From Stylophora pistillata (Eukaryota): a stretch of DNA of 64,000 nucleotides. The stretch's first letter is position 1, and the number at the start of each line of letters is the position of its first letter. Under the pieces are notes generated by a model, which made no database searches, was not told the DNA's origin, and saw nothing but the letters and a program-made list of their open reading frames with translations. The DNA lies in assembly GCF_002571385.2 (NCBI RefSeq), contig NW_019217847.1, positions 624,938 through 688,937 on the forward strand. The letters are read 5' to 3'. A program made the translations under genes and the position numbers. Below are positions 25,113 to 40,498 of the stretch, piece after piece.

Positions 25113-26631
25113 AGACAGAAGCTTTAAATCGAGATGTCTTAGCCTTTGATGATATGCAGCTATGCGCTTCTATTGTCAGGTTTAAGTTCCTCTTAACCCA
25201 CAGAAACTTAAAATGAGGCGGGAATCGTTAATCGTCTCTTGTAACAGGGAGTGGTTTTCTTCTGGAACAAACAAGACGCTTTGTGACAGACATTTCATGA
25301 AATAATCAAAATGCCAGTAGATCCATATATACCATAAATATTGATGAGAGCAGCTCCCGACGAACAATAACAATCTAAAACATTTGTTAGTTATATCCAG
25401 AAACGCTCACATCAAGTTTTGGTGGTGAATTTACCCTTCTTTCGCCAAAAAACATATAAACATTCATTTGCAATTAGCACTTCAGCTGATCAAACAACAC
25501 TTTTTTCCGAAAATTTACGCATATTTGCAAAAGCACACCAATATAGCTGGGAAACGTTGTCAACGAGATTTAAAGCTTTTCACAAAAAGCTATAGTTTCC
25601 GCTAAAATCATATGGTACAGCTCAGTGATTCACACACAATGTTTTATAATTAAAAGGCGACTACTTTTCCTCTAATTTGGCGCTAATTTATTTTGATAAT
25701 TTCGATACTTGGTTGATATTGCACTAAAAATTCCTGCTCGTTTTTCGTAGCCAAGGCATTACCTGCCAAACTCTTTTGTGCTATGGAGCCGAGCGTTTTT
25801 TGCAAATAGAGCAATGTTGCCTTGGTGACAGTGTTCACGAAGCTCCCACTGAAGTTTTCTAGGTATTGTATTAGTCACTAAAAAACTTTGGTGATCATGG
25901 CCGCTTCGAGTTCACATTTCACATGTTCTAAGATTTATTTCCTATGGAATTTTGCAGTCGGCGCGTCATTTGAAATAAAGATGCAAGAATAACATCTGAT
26001 ATATAGGCTCTGGCGGGACTGAGTTATGTTAATCACAAGTAGCCCGGGGGCGGAAGTTTTTCTTTGTATAGCAGCCATTAGCAGGTCACAGTTCAAAAAT
26101 AAGATTTGAAACAAAAACATGGTTTTTTCTTAGCACAATTAAATATGAATAGTATTCATTAGAACTTAATCGCTCTAATTGAGGCGTGAGATTCTTGTCA
26201 CGACATTTCCTCTTTCTAGGCATTTTTTGAAAGGGACACAATGACACTAACATACTCCTCCCCCAAATCTGTAAACTTCACAATGCTGCTGGTCAGAACG
26301 CAATAGGGCCTCACTTTTCAATGCGGTGAAACGATAACATAAACATAAGAGATAAAATTTTTATTTGACGTTTTTTAAATATTCTCTTAACCGCAATAGA
26401 AAAGCACTTATCTTCACCTTAGCATTGTCTTTTTCAAGTGGCTTTACACTCTCTATTTGCAAAAAATCAATCTGTGATCAGTTTATTCATAGTACTTTTG
26501 ATTCATTTACTTGAAAGTTACCTTATCATTTGTGAAATAAAAAAAAGGAGCAAAGAATGTTTTTGCTGTTTTTCTTGCGATGGTAACTCATCCTTCACTA
26601 ATAAAAGAGATAAAGGGGAATTACAAGAACA

Positions 26632-29600
26632 TTAGATGTTCGAGTTATCGTGATCACGGATAACTGCTTTTTCCAGCTCTTTCTCTCTCTTCTTCTTGTA
26701 TTCGAGTTCTTCGGGAATGTCGGGAATGATCCATGCGATGAACGTTGTGATAAAATACACAATGAACTGGAAAACAAACACGAAAGCAAGTCGAGCAGCT
26801 AGAATATTCCAGTACTCTCGAGAACGCTTGTACGGGTAAAAGTCTTCATGGTAACCTTTATACCTAAATGAAAAGCAAACAAGGCGGCTTAACACAATTC
26901 CATAGAAAGCAAACAAACTTATGGCCCTGACCACCCACTACTAAGTACCCAGGAGCAGAAAGGATTCAGGGAAATACGAATTTCACACTTGTAAGAGCAT
27001 TGGCAATAACTAGATGTGGAGTGACTAATGCTTAATGTTACCAAAGGCATCCTGATCTTCGAACTTTTTAGACGGCGCAAAAAAAGCTGAATGAGAAATC
27101 TCTTGAGACCTCTGCCGTTAGCTTCAGTCTGATATCATCTCTCATGAACTGTAATACCTCCTTGCGCGCGGCGCGACTAAACCTTGATATGAATTCAGAA
27201 TTGAGACCTGCAACGGATGGTGGTCTATACAGGATCTGTTAGTCCTGCATAGACCATCTTTCTTGACCGACATACCTGCAGTAGTTCCGCGTGTAATTAA
27301 GATTTTGTGTTGGATTAATTGGTTGAGTGCCATTTTCCCACGTGTAGAGCGTATTTAGGTCAATGGATGCGAGACTGTTGTTGACGTATCCTATGAGTGT
27401 CCCTTTACTAGAGGGATCGCCATTTCGTCCAGAGTAAACCATCTTGTAGACGAGCTTGGGAATAAATTCGGAGGTGAAAGCTAAAACAAACGCGTTCACC
27501 AACACGGAAATCTTAGTGATGACTTCCAATACAGTATACCAGGCTCCTATGTCTTCAGCTCGGACGGCATCAGGACGGCGGAAGTGGCACAAAAAATTAA
27601 TGGCATCCAAGCGAATCTCTACGATTATATTTAGAAGTGCAAACAACGGGCCCAGAGGAAATGCAGCGACGAACATGGTTATAAATCCATACTGCAGAAC
27701 TGAAGGGAAAAATGAAACGAATGACTGAAATGAAGTTCTTAAACACGTTTTGTCGATACATTGAAGACTCACCTATTTCAAGGTATTCCCAGAACATGAA
27801 ATGCTTCTCTAAAGGATTCAAATCAAAATCTTGTTCGTACTGTGGTCGGTCACCAACCTTCTCCTGGCTTCGCTGTTTCCATAACAACATCATGTACCTT
27901 AAGAGATAAAACGGATCTCCATTAATGATTGTGCTGTTAACTAGACAAATAGTCATGTAATTTGCAGAACACTTACGCTGTGAGGGTGTCCTCAAAATGT
28001 TTGAGACCATTTGTACTTCTGTTCACATTCCTACACTGTTTCAATAAGTAATTATTTCCGCTTTTAGCCAATTAGATACCACCGAAGGAATAACAAATAA
28101 CATCATTAAGATTTTTTTTTCAAAAACCCATTTGACTACATCTTTCCTCAGAAAAACAAATCAAATGAAAAGTACTCACGGAATTCCAATTTCTGTGAAG
28201 TTGTAGAAAATTTGCTGTCCAACCATGATAATGGCAATCTGAATGGCCAGCTCCAAAAAACATCCTTGCTCGCTACACCCATCCAGTCGATATTTACCGA
28301 GCACTCTTTTGTACCTGCCTGGAGTTCCAACAATTATCTCTGACTTGAAGAAAGCGATGTAGAAAATAGAAGTGTAATTGTTGACGAATTGGAACAGGGC
28401 CATCTTGCGGGTGAAGCTATCTTTGTAAGCCGTCCTGGTGGGATGGTTCTCCCAGTCCGTCAGAAAGACAGCGAGTTTGTTGTAAACAAACTTTAAAATC
28501 GTGATTGCTATCAGGTTAAGCAAGCCTGCTGTAGCTGTTGTCAGGATCCGGGCCCCTTGCTCGATTTTCTTGTCCGAACTGCTGCTGAAAACTGCGAAAA
28601 CTGCTGCACGGTACACAACCACACCTACCATTGCTGCAATAACGAGAAGTATCATGAAGGTAATGACATTGCACACTAAACCCAGTCGTCGAAACTTCTT
28701 TATTTTGATAACGTTTGGGCCAAATTTTCCAGTTAATGGGTCTGCTTTGTAAGGATTAAGGTCTTCCTCAGTCAAGCTCGCTAAGTACTCTGGGCGAAAT
28801 TCTTCTTCCTCTTCTTCAAACTCCGATGTGTGCCATTTCTGGGCGAGAAAAGCTTGACGCCGTTTCCAGAATTCAAGAAAAAGTGACGCCCACATGGAAG
28901 CGATGAAAGCCAAAGCTACAGTTCCATTATGGTCAAAGTAATGCGTTAATTTCGCGTAAATGCAGGTGTCTGGAGCTAAATTCCAGTAGCTAAACCGGCG
29001 ATCACACAATGGGCACATGTACCATCGACCCCTGTTGTCTTCGTTGCACATGTCAAGTACTGGAACATAAGAACCAGTTGATATAATGCCACATAGAAAG
29101 ACGATTAAAGAAATCATTGCAAGTGGAACCAGCATGCCAGTGTAAAATCCGAGCCAGGCGAAGTACAAGCCGATTTCATGGCCAAAGTACTCCTTGATGG
29201 TATCGTACGGTTGGTATTTGAAAATTCTGCCAAATCGTGCCCAGTCTCTCTTCAATTGTTGGCGCGTGTTGACTGGAGACTCGCCACTTTCTAATCGATG
29301 TTTTCCTTCATGCAAAGGGTAACATGCCAGATATACACCATCATAAAGAAGCTTTGAGAGACCCACGTCATTCGGCTGATCTGAGAAAGGTGTGCTGTTA
29401 AGGATTTGCTGCAGAAGATGTTGGCGATCAATGACTGAGAAAAGCGAATTTTCGCTGATATTTTGATCGATGACATACTTGGAAAGATGATCTCTTTTGA
29501 ATGAGCCCATAAAATAATCTGTATTTTTCTTAATGGATGCATCACGAATTTTAAAAGGGTTTCGCTTGTTAATGGCCGTAACTACGGTTGATCCCAGCAA

Positions 29601-30566
29601 GTACTCCAACCAAGAACTAAAAACGGTGTCGTTAACCTGAAGCGGAACCTTAAGTTTTGCAATCTCGGCTCTTTCAGCTAGAACTTCCAAGGGAGCGTGG
29701 ATCAAGACAAAATGCCTCAAAACCTCAGTATCCTTTCATAAGAAAAAAAGAACAGATGAAATATGTAAAAGAACTTTTTTCATTGTAACGTTGGATAATG
29801 AATGCAATTTTCCTTTCAGAAGCTTCTCTCGCGAAAATTAATTCTAAAACAAAAGTTAACTCAATGATACTGGACTCTAACCTTCTTAATTGTTTTAATT
29901 TGCGCTAACAAATAAATACTATGGCAAAAAATTCCATGTGTTTCCTTTAAAACCAAATTATTTCTCTGGTGGGCAGTTACTGGTCTGAGCCATATTTGCT
30001 TAGAAATCGATGTGTCATGTACATGCATGTATTTTACGGTTCGAGTCACTTTTGTATCCATGAATATTTAACTAAACAGGAGAGCAAAAGTTAATTAAGA
30101 ATTAACATCAAACCTTACAGAAGTAGGTATCACTTCTTACTGTTGTTTGTTACCCCTGTTTGGCTTAAAATCGCCCTGACTGAAATTCAGAAATAAAAAT
30201 AATGCACCAGCCTAAAGCGTGCAGCGCTGACTGTAACGGTTGGCTAGTTTTCTATCTGCTAAACATATCAAAAAGTGGTCGTACCTTTTGAATTACTCGT
30301 GTCTGTCGCTGAAGGATTAATCCTCGTCTTTTGAGCTGGTTTTCGAAGAATGCTCTTTGGGTCGTCAGTTTTAGGGTTTCCGCGTTAGATTGTTCACTTG
30401 CTTCTTCGTTTTCTTCACAAGTTTCAAAGACCAATACGTAATCAATTCTTCCCCATGGCTCACCGTCGCTCAAGTAAACTCCTTCGTTATCATTTGCGCT
30501 TAAATTTGCAGAATGAATTTCATACTCTTCCTCGTCCAAAAGTCTTGAAAATTTTGTTTCACTCAT
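26632..30566 (-). CDS. Anoctamin/TMEM16 paralog B; 5 exons: 30566-30285, 29732-28180, 27897-27773, 27699-27276, 26863-26632; ~871 aa
   Basis: Same motifs and intron positions/phases as A. Total 2616 nt in frame. Confidence 0.92.
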
Positions 30567-33500
30567 GTTCGGCTTTTTTAAAGCAAACTGAACTCAAGTA
30601 GCGCTTCGGGACTCGAAAGGTGTTCAAAACCACTAAATTGCTTCCCCTCGAGGCAATATACTGTTCTTTTGAAACAATGTTACGTGCCTGACTCGATATT
30701 TCTGGACTTAACTAGAGGACAAAGTCTACTCAGTTGAGCATAATAAAGATACCGCAAGAATTTACTCACGCACTTTGATAAGAAAATCTGGACTAAATTG
30801 AAAACATTCTTAAATAAAATCTTCACAGGAGTTTCCGATTTTTCTAACCCTGTACCAACGTGTCAATTCCTGAAGATCGTAAACGATGCTTTTTTGAATC
30901 AGGTGTTCAACTGGAGGCGCTTCTCTTCGTCTACGGTATCTAATATAAATCCCCTGTACTTGCTCGCCATTTATTAATTTCTAAAAATCTTCAACCTCCA
31001 TCATAAAACAGAGTTGACAGAACTAGCCTCTTTAATTTCCTGGCACATTAGTTGCCAACAGAAAAGGGTACTGTGATTTGGGTCACCCTCCATGAGCGAA
31101 AGCCTTAGCCAGTCAATTCAGTAATTCCAAATTAAAATCTCAATATATTTGCCTACCCATATTTCTGTACTTAAAACAATATAAATACTTTATGGAGCTA
31201 AGCGCTAGCTGAATCGAATCTTTAAAAATGAAGCTCGGGCATACTTTAAGCGCCCTCTTTCAATCGCCCAAGCAGAGAGCTAGTTGATTAAAGTAATTCT
31301 AGAACTTGAGGTCACGTTTAATTTTACGATTCCGTAGAGCTTATCTTGGTCAAGTCAGTATCAAATCACAGCTCCCACGTAAGTGCTAATAATTATGTCT
31401 CCTTTTAGAAACAAATGTCAACCTCATTGAGGCGTTAAGCTGACAGAACTGTGGCTTTCAGCTTACGAAATATTTACACTTCCTTCACTCTCGCGGAGTA
31501 GAGTTCATTCAAATTTCACACAACACAAAGAATGTATCCAGTTCACGACAAGCGATCCCCTCTGCGGCTCATCAATCTTTATATTCGACGAATGTTCCAA
31601 GTTGAAATTGGTAAAAGTTTGACCATAATTTTCTTCCCTCTTCAATTTCTACCAAAGAAACACTCACTCTTCCATTGAACTTTGGGCGGGCATAACTTAC
31701 TCTACACGGACGAAGTTTACAATTAAGACAAAACTATTGTGGAGGTCACGTCACTTTCACCCACAAGGCCGATGAGCAATGATCTCAGATAAAATAAACA
31801 GTGACCTTCAACGATTTGTTGCCTAATAAACGTGTGCAGACCAGCGCAGATAAAAGCCACTGGATGTAACAAAAAAGCAGCTGAAAGATGCACTTAAAGA
31901 GCAGAGTTTATATTTCTGAGCTATTCGCTGCTTTAAAGAAAATCTTCATTCAACGAAAAGCGTGTAAAAGTATGACGGAGCAAGCCACTGCACCAGATAG
32001 CCTTAACCTCCCCACTGCACCAGACAACTTTTCCCTTCCTACCCCGGCCTAAACTTAGAAATTAAACTCTTTTTTATTGACAAACATTGTTAAAGTGGTG
32101 GCCTTCATATAACAACAAGCAGCAGTTCCCTTTGAGCATGCGTAACTCAAGTTAATGTTTCATTGGACCCATATTGCAGGTTAGCCCACAAGAACAAGCG
32201 TAGTATTTGCGTTTTTCAGGCGAACGGAGGCAAATGCGAGGCGAGTGCAAAGTTTTAGTCGCGCGCGAGGGGAGAAGCAAACAGAAAAATGACGCCTGTA
32301 CACACACTGTTGGCCAAGATCTTTTGCCTTCAGATACACCTCCAATCACCAACCTATTCAATAACCACAGCTGAATTCTAATGTCTATGTGTTATTTTAA
32401 TGGATCTCTGTAAATCTCTCGTCTTTATCAAGTAAGATTGTCCGCAATGTCCACCTGCCTGAGTCGAAGTTTAAGTTGTGTTTGCAGGTGGGCTTTTGAC
32501 AATTTGTATCATTTAGAAAGGACAGCATTTTACCAAAACTTAAACGTGCTCTCTATTCAAGATAACGGCTCTTAATTTGTCTCTTGATTCCCTCGTTCCT
32601 CACCTTCCGTTCAGCAAACAGAATGATATTTTCTCATTTGTGTTCCCCAGAAAGAAGAACACAGTTACACTACTAACCTTTTCTTCGAAAGTTCAATGAT
32701 CCTTTCCTCCGGGCGCATCCTGACTATGGCACCCGCCACCCTCCCGCCAACCAGACGGGTGGTCAGACACCGTCATATTTCTGCCCAGCGCTGACAAATT
32801 AAAACCACAGGAGTGAAAGGTATAGAGCTGCAATAACTAAAAAGTATAGCCGGACTAGGGTCTAATTCAATGTACGGCTACCGAACCCTCCTGGTTTTGA
32901 TGTTACCCTCCCCCATGGCCAGGTTATTCGGCCCAAGTTTACAAATCCTAACTCTGGCTCTGAGAGCTTTTTCAACCAGTTAGTCAAATCACAACTCAAG
33001 ATGAAAACATTTTTTGTTAACCACTAGAATTCTAGCGGAATGAAGACAGGGTGCTTACCAAAATATCTTGAACTGGAAAAGAAATTCTCACATTCAACTT
33101 ATAATTCTAGCGCAGCCTCTAAAAAGCTTCAAGGATAACTGCGTAGACTAACACCGATCATTTTGACAACCTGCCAAAGCTGGTTCATGGCGGTGTCTCG
33201 GCCTGCAAGGATTCAAGGTCTGACTTGATGACAAGTACGTGATACTTTTAGACAACTTTAGTACTGTGATGCTTATGAGCACTGAACTCAACACCAAGTA
33301 AAGACGACGTTTTAAATGAAATTAATGATAGGCCAACTGCATAGCAATATTAATAAGACAGCGGTAAAAGATTACTGGATTAAAGGAAATACACGTAGTT
33401 TTTTTTACGTACGCCTGGAAGGTCCTGGTAGCTTGATGGAAGCATTTTAAATCTTGAAACATTGTTCAAGACTCTAGAGAACTAATCTACTTTCCCTGTG

Positions 33501-33957
33501 TTTATATACACTTTTCCTTTTGTATACAGCTTGTTTTCTAGCTTTCGGAGAGGTCAGCGGTTGTGGACTACAATCACAGAATTAACCAGTCTCACTGTAA
33601 TATAAGAATTTTTGCTGTTTAAAAGTCTGAACTTCGGTTCCCCCTGCCCCCCCTCCTCTCTCCCCAAAGAAAAACAAAACAAAGCAAAACAAAACAAAAA
33701 AGCAAATAAGATCTTAGTGAGATCTTAGTTATATAAATATATGTATATAACATGTTGATCATCGGTTGCCCCAGGATCTGATCAGTAATTCGCGATCTCC
33801 TTCGAGGCTTCAGTATTTTTTTCGGAAAATTCAGTAGTCGACTTAAGATCGCAAGCTCTTACAAATAGTTTTCCAAATTTTATCGTCGTTTTCGATGGAT
33901 AATGAATTGAAATTGTGGCAAGAAGTTTCATGTGTATCACTTCAGGGAGGTCAAGGG

Positions 33958-36900
33958 TTAAGACGCGTACTGTTGACCAAATTTCTTGCTGTCAATGACC
34001 TCATCTAGGGCATCTTCATACTGTGTTACGTTATCATCATCATCTTCTTCCTCAAGCTCCTCGATGTCACTGTCATATTCAGGAGTATGGAACACTGTCT
34101 TGACCATTTCTCTTTCTCTTTCTATAATGAACTGTAGCTCATCAGGCGTGTCAGGCACTAACCAAGCTATAAATCCCGTCACAGTGTAAACTACAAACTG
34201 AAATACGAACACGAAGGCTAACCGAGCAGTGAGGAGATGCCAGTATGCCTTGGAGAAGCCATAAGGGTAAGTGCTGTCATGGAAGCCAGGGTATCTATTC
34301 ACAAAGGAAACAGTATAAGAAACCAACTTTTTTTTTATGTATACAGCGAATACTGTGGGGTAAAAAGTCTGCCCCAGGAGTACTGCATCTTGTGAGAAGC
34401 GCAAGGCAGCTGAAAACAGCAATTAATCTTGGTTAGATCGGTCATCAACAGGATAGAATTCATTCTAGAATGACTGCAGCTCCAAATTTTCTGCCCTAAA
34501 GTTGTTCTATGAAGCTTGAGGATGGACAGGACACAACAGATTGGAAAAGGTAAAAAATCCCAGTAAGCAAGCGGGAATCAGATATGGCCTTAGTGGGTTT
34601 GTCCTTTTTGATAAAGCGCCTCCTACTCTGTGACTGAGAAATTATGACAAAATTTTGAGAAAAAATAGCGTAATAAGCATTGTATTGCAATCGCGATGAA
34701 GGCTATTGTAACAACCTGCAGTGATTTCTTGTGTAGTTTAGATTTTCTGTTGGGTTGTCCGGCTGGGTTCCATTTTCCCACGTAAAGAGGGTATCTAAAT
34801 CAATAGCAGCAAGAGTAAAATTAAGGTATCCCTTCAGAGTGCCTCCGCCGGGAGAATGGCGATCAGGAGCGTACATGACTTTGTAAAGGAGTTTCGGGAT
34901 AAACTCTGAAGTGAACGCGAGTATAAACGCGTTCACCAGCACCGAAGCTCTTGTTACAGCTTCCAGAACGTCGTACCAGGCCCCTATGTCCTCAACACGG
35001 GCAACATCTGGTCGGCGAAAATGGCACAAGAACTTGATGGCGTCCAGACGGATCTCAATGATGGTGTTGATGAAGGCAAACAGCGGGCCGAGAGGAAACG
35101 CAGCCACAAACATGGTCACAAAGCCATATTGTAAAACTGAAATCAAGTCGAAAGTTTTTTTTGTCAAGAATGATTCTGAGATTCCCGCAATCAGTGCCTC
35201 AGGCAACGTATGATTCAGAAGTATCAAAGGCCAAATGGCATTTTATCGACTTATATTATATTGAGGTAACATGGTATCTTGAAGAGGCAAATTACATTAG
35301 GTCTCCATCGAGTAAGTGTTTGCGAGAAAAAATAATTATGCAAGGGATCTTTAGCCTGTAACAGTAATTGTTATGGAGACTGTGGATCGTGATGCGTAGG
35401 TCCACCGAGTGAACGGGAGGAAAACCTCGATTTAATTTACTCTGCAACTTTATTTTTTTTACTACCAGCATCACTGTAACTATGATTAAATTTATCATCA
35501 TTATTATTATCATCATTATTATTATCATCATTGCATTTTTCGATTGCGCAGTTGAGTTGCAAATTTTTCTCGCTCGCTTAGCAATTTATAACTTGGCTTT
35601 ATCATGGCATTTGAAAATTCAGCTCAGTTGGAAAGGTATCACTTGTTAGAGATTTCAAATTCTTACCTATTTCTAAGTACTCCCAGAACATGTAATGCTT
35701 TTCACATGCAGTTAGATCATAGTCGCTTTCGTACTGAGGACAGGTATCTGGATTTTCTTTGTTACGGCGATTCTTCAACAGACTCAAATATCTGCGGAAA
35801 CGCAATGAGTGCGTGCACACTTAGAAAAGAATGTCGTGTTTGAAATTGGGGGAAGGAAAGAAATGAACAAACTCGGACAAAATTTAATCTCTCTAAAAGA
35901 ATAAACTTGGTACTTACGGCATCGCCATTTCAAATATGTTGAAGAAAATTTGCTTTCCCACCATGATTATAAAAAGCTGAACAGCAAGCTCCAAAAAGCA
36001 TCCTTGCTCGCTACAGCCGTCTAGTCGATATTTGCCCATCAGCCTCCTATATTTTCCAGGAGATCCCACAATAAGGTTCGATTTAAAGAAAGCAATGTAA
36101 AATAGCGCTGAATAGTTGTTAACAAACTGGAAAGAGGACATTTTCCACGTGAAGCTGTCCTTGTAGGCGCTTTCTGTGGGTGGGTTCTCCCAGTCAGTGA
36201 GCCATACAGCCAGCTTCTCGTAAAGTTTGGACAATAACATTATAAAAACAAGATTGATAAGGGCAGCCGTTGCTGCTGTGATAATACGAGCGCGTTTTTG
36301 AACATTGTTGTCCCTGCTACCACTTAATACAGCAAACATGGCTGCACGGTACACAACTACGCCAATTGCGGCTCCAAGAACCAGAAGAATCATAAAAGCT
36401 ACTACAGCAAAGACTGTACCATATCTTCGGTATGTCTTGAGCTTGGAAACCATAGGTTCTATTTTGCCTGTCTCTGGGTTACGTTTGAATAGAAACATTT
36501 GCAACTGTTCATCTGGTAAACTTTTCCTGTATTCAGGACGTAACGGTTCTTCTTCTTCTTCGAACTCAGAGGTGTGCCATTCCTGAGCGAGGGATGCTTG
36601 ACGACGCTTCCAAAACTCGAGGAACAGCGTGGCCCAGATGGCCACAACAAAAGCAAGGAACACAGTTCCATCGTTGTCAAACAGATGGGTTGTGTAAGCA
36701 TACATGCAGATGTCTGGGGCCAGATTCCAGTAACTGCATTGTTTGTCACAGAGTGGACACATATACCAACGACCTCTGTTTTTCTCGTCGCAAAGATCTT
36801 GAACAGGTAAGTAGGAGCCTGCCGATATAACACCAGTGATGAATACCAGTAGGCCAACAATGGCAAGTGGAAACAACATGGCAGTGTAAAATCCAAGCCA

Positions 36901-38283
36901 AGCAAAATACAGGCCGACCTCGTGTCCAAAGTAATCCTTGATAGCGTCGTAAGGTTGATACTTAAAGAATTTGCCAAATCTCGCCCAGTCAGCTTTTAAC
37001 TTCTGCCGATCATTCGCCAGAGCCTTCCCTTCTTCCTGCGATTCTGGACCATCATGAAGTGAATACGCAGGAAGGTAGGCCTGATCCAGAAGGAGCCTCT
37101 GTAGCCCAACCCCGTCCGGTCCCCTCGCAAACCGGGCGTTTTGAAGCAAGTGTTGGACGATGTAGTGGCGATCCAAGACACTAAAAAAGCTCTCTTTGTC
37201 TTCGTTGTTCACATACTCACTCAAGTAATCTTCTACAAAGGGAGCCATGTAGAAGCTCGGCCTTTCACCCAAGGTGGAATCATGAAGGACAAAAGGATTT
37301 TTGCTCTGCAGCTTTTCAAACAATTTGTGCCCAATTATATTCTCTATCCATGATGAAAATACAGCGTCGTTAGGTCGAAGAGGAACCTTTAATCTCATCC
37401 GTTGAGCACTCTGTGCTAATACATTCCAAGGTGCATGTATCAGCACAAAATGACGTTCTATTTCTGGATCCTGCATAAAAAAATTAAAATCAAATTGAAA
37501 ATTTACATGTACATTGATGATGCAAACAAGAGTTAATCGAATTTTACTCTGAAAAAGGAGAGAGCGCGCTGTACAATTAGGAGCAGTTTATCACTGCCCC
37601 TTCTTTGAGCAGACTCTCTTTCAAAGTGAACGTAATTCGCTTAAAAGTACTTTCGCGCAAGTAACGTGAGCAATTCCTACTCTTGGCGTGTCAAGGCGGT
37701 AGTACTTTTACCACAAGGCTTTACAGGTACTTGTAACCGTTCTACTGAAATTGATATTTTGATCCTTCTGTTCCTTTGAGTTTATAAATCGGATTAAAGA
37801 ATGTTAAAGGATCGATAAAATTCAAGGCAGCTATCGCAAGCGATGAAAACCTGAAGTAAGAACACCGATTTACTGAAAAGCCCTGTGGGTAATGCAATTG
37901 AAAACATGGCCTTAAAAGCCTCCAAATACATATTGAATGTGATAAAATGAAATTGCAATAAAAGACTTCCTAACTTAATTATTTACCTCCCCGATGATCA
38001 CAGTCTTGCGCTGCACATCTAACCCAAGCTTATTTTCAAGGCATTTTTCAAATGAATATCGCCATGCGACAAGCTTCCTTTGTTTTGCGAGAGCATCAAC
38101 ATCCAGTCTGCTGACATCCTTTTGGGTTTCGTAGACCAAAACGTAATCAATATGCTTTTCGTGGGTTCTATTTCTCTTTTGTAGTCTGCTTGGATCGTCT
38201 TCAAGGGACACTTGCGATTTTTCAGTTAACTCTATCTTGATGTTATCGATTCGGTCCAGCCTTGCATAGGATCCTCTTTCCAT
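33958..38283 (-). CDS. Anoctamin/TMEM16 paralog C; 5 exons: 38283-37987, 37470-35918, 35791-35667, 35136-34716, 34294-33958; ~910 aa
   Basis: Same motifs and intron phases. Total 2733 nt in frame. Acidic C-terminal tail. Confidence 0.92.
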
Positions 38284-40498
38284 ATCAATTTTATATTTTC
38301 AGCTTTGCAACGTTTTCAGGTGACGACAGATGCGGTTAAGTCTAGGAATTCTTGTCGAGAAAATACGTTAGCAGGGTGTACTAGGTTCGACGTCCTTTTG
38401 AAACAGGCGAATAATTTCAAAAGGCGTTAAGAACCGTTTTGAAATGCGATTCAGCGTTGAAAAAATCGCGCCGTTATTATTTATTCAAACTGTTTTTATG
38501 ATACTTTGGAGACACATGGCTTTATGACAGCGTTAATAATTTATTACATGAGGAGGTTCTTCTAGTTCTGTACTTGTAGTTATTAAAAGTTCTCCTGAGG
38601 CGGCTTTGTAAAAACTGTAATTTATCATCTTATGCGACAATAAAGTAATCTTCTGCAAGATCAATATTTTGGCTAAGTTACTATCGCTAATAGAGAAGTA
38701 TCGATAATAGAAACAAATTGCATTTTAAAGCGGTCAAAATGTTGGCAGCAACTTGGCGTCTTTCGTCCTCTTTTTATTGGCTCGTTTCATTTGGATGTTT
38801 TCCAAGGTTTCTCGTTTAAAGAGGAGCTCTTTTCTAGTAAATATAAAGTTGAAACAAAGATGATGCTGCAATTAGGCAAATAACATTTTCAAGGAAACAA
38901 GTGGTGCTTTTATATTGCAATGTGTTGTTTCTTTAATTTGACGCACAAACACCTGTAGCTAAGGATGAAGCGAGCGATCCAGGGGGTGACGAAACAAACA
39001 AGCTGACGCATAATCCACCAGCAAAACTGAAAAAAAACGAGGATCTGGAAGCCCTGGTTATGTTGCAATAGGGAGGGCGTTGGCAGTATTATTTTACTGC
39101 AAAACGTAATTGGAAAATTATTCCTTTGAACAGAAATCGTGGCAATCGTTATCTGCTGGTGTCCAGCAATATCCACGTTTGACATGACGTTTTACAGCAC
39201 ATAGTACATAACTGCTATATTACATTAACATGTAGCAGTGTCTATTGTTTTAGCTGAGGCTCCTTATTTCAAGGAACTGAATTTCCTCTCAGAAGCTCAC
39301 TGCTGTTTCTTTTGCTCTGAAGCTTTGTGTGATGCAAGCTTTCCCATGGACCCATTTTAGGTTAATGTAAACGGAGTCGAACTGGATGACAAAACTGACA
39401 AAAACAAGAAAGAATTCTTCCCTTAAGATATCAATCTATTTTTTTTTTCCGCCCTGCTGGTGAACAACACTTTTTGTAACTGTCAGGAAAGGGTCTAATG
39501 GATGAGGACAAGCTGTAATGCTTTCTAATCCTTAATTTGAATAACTATGCAACGATTGTTTTTGATGGAGCGATTTGAAATGTTTGCATTAATATTCCAG
39601 ATTCCCTTTTTTTAAAGGTTTTTTATTACTGGTTAGAACCAGTGGATGCTTATGGAAGTATATTGTAACAAGGGTTTCTGTCAACTTTTAAGAGAGAAAA
39701 ATAAAGCAATTATCAAGAAAATTATCATGAACCTTAGGGATTTGTTTATTTTTTTTCTTAATTGAAAATGATCACTTGCAACTTTGCAAGTGCTGAATTA
39801 AAGATTCCACTTTTAGTTTATCGCAATCGCACGCTGGGTCCTTTTCAGAGAAAAAAAGGAACATTTTACAATAAATGATGCTTTTTGTTCTTAACCTTGA
39901 ACGCTAGAGCACCAAGCGAAATATACAAACTCTCGTCTAGATTAAGGTTATCAGTACCTGTTTCTAAACTAAACCATCGTTCAAAGTAATGATGAGCCAA
40001 AATACATTTGTAAGATATGAAAATATCGAATTAGCTTGAGATAGTACTTGCTCTGAATGTAACAGAACATAAAACAAACAATTCTTACGACTCAAAATTT
40101 AGACGAGTCAAAACTGCGAAAATTGCCTAATATGTAAAAAATATTTCTACCTTTTTTTTCTAAAATTGTATAGTACAAGATATTACTAAATGGTCAGAAC
40201 ATATTACACGCAAGTGATGATTTATTACATGAAAAGTTTTATCCACGTAGAAAATTTGAAGCCCTTAACAAAAGACAAAACTGAAACATGGGCCTTTGAA
40301 ATGGGGGCAGTGCGGGAAAATCGCACGAAAAATGAGCCATGCCAAGTACACGAAAATAAATTTTTCATGTATTGTTTATTTAGCTGAAAGAATGATGTTT
40401 CGATCTGAAAATTCATTTTCATACTTATGGCTGGTGATGGTCAGTCGTGTGTTTTATTTCCACAGCTGTTCTGAAATTATGATAAAGTATTAACCTCA

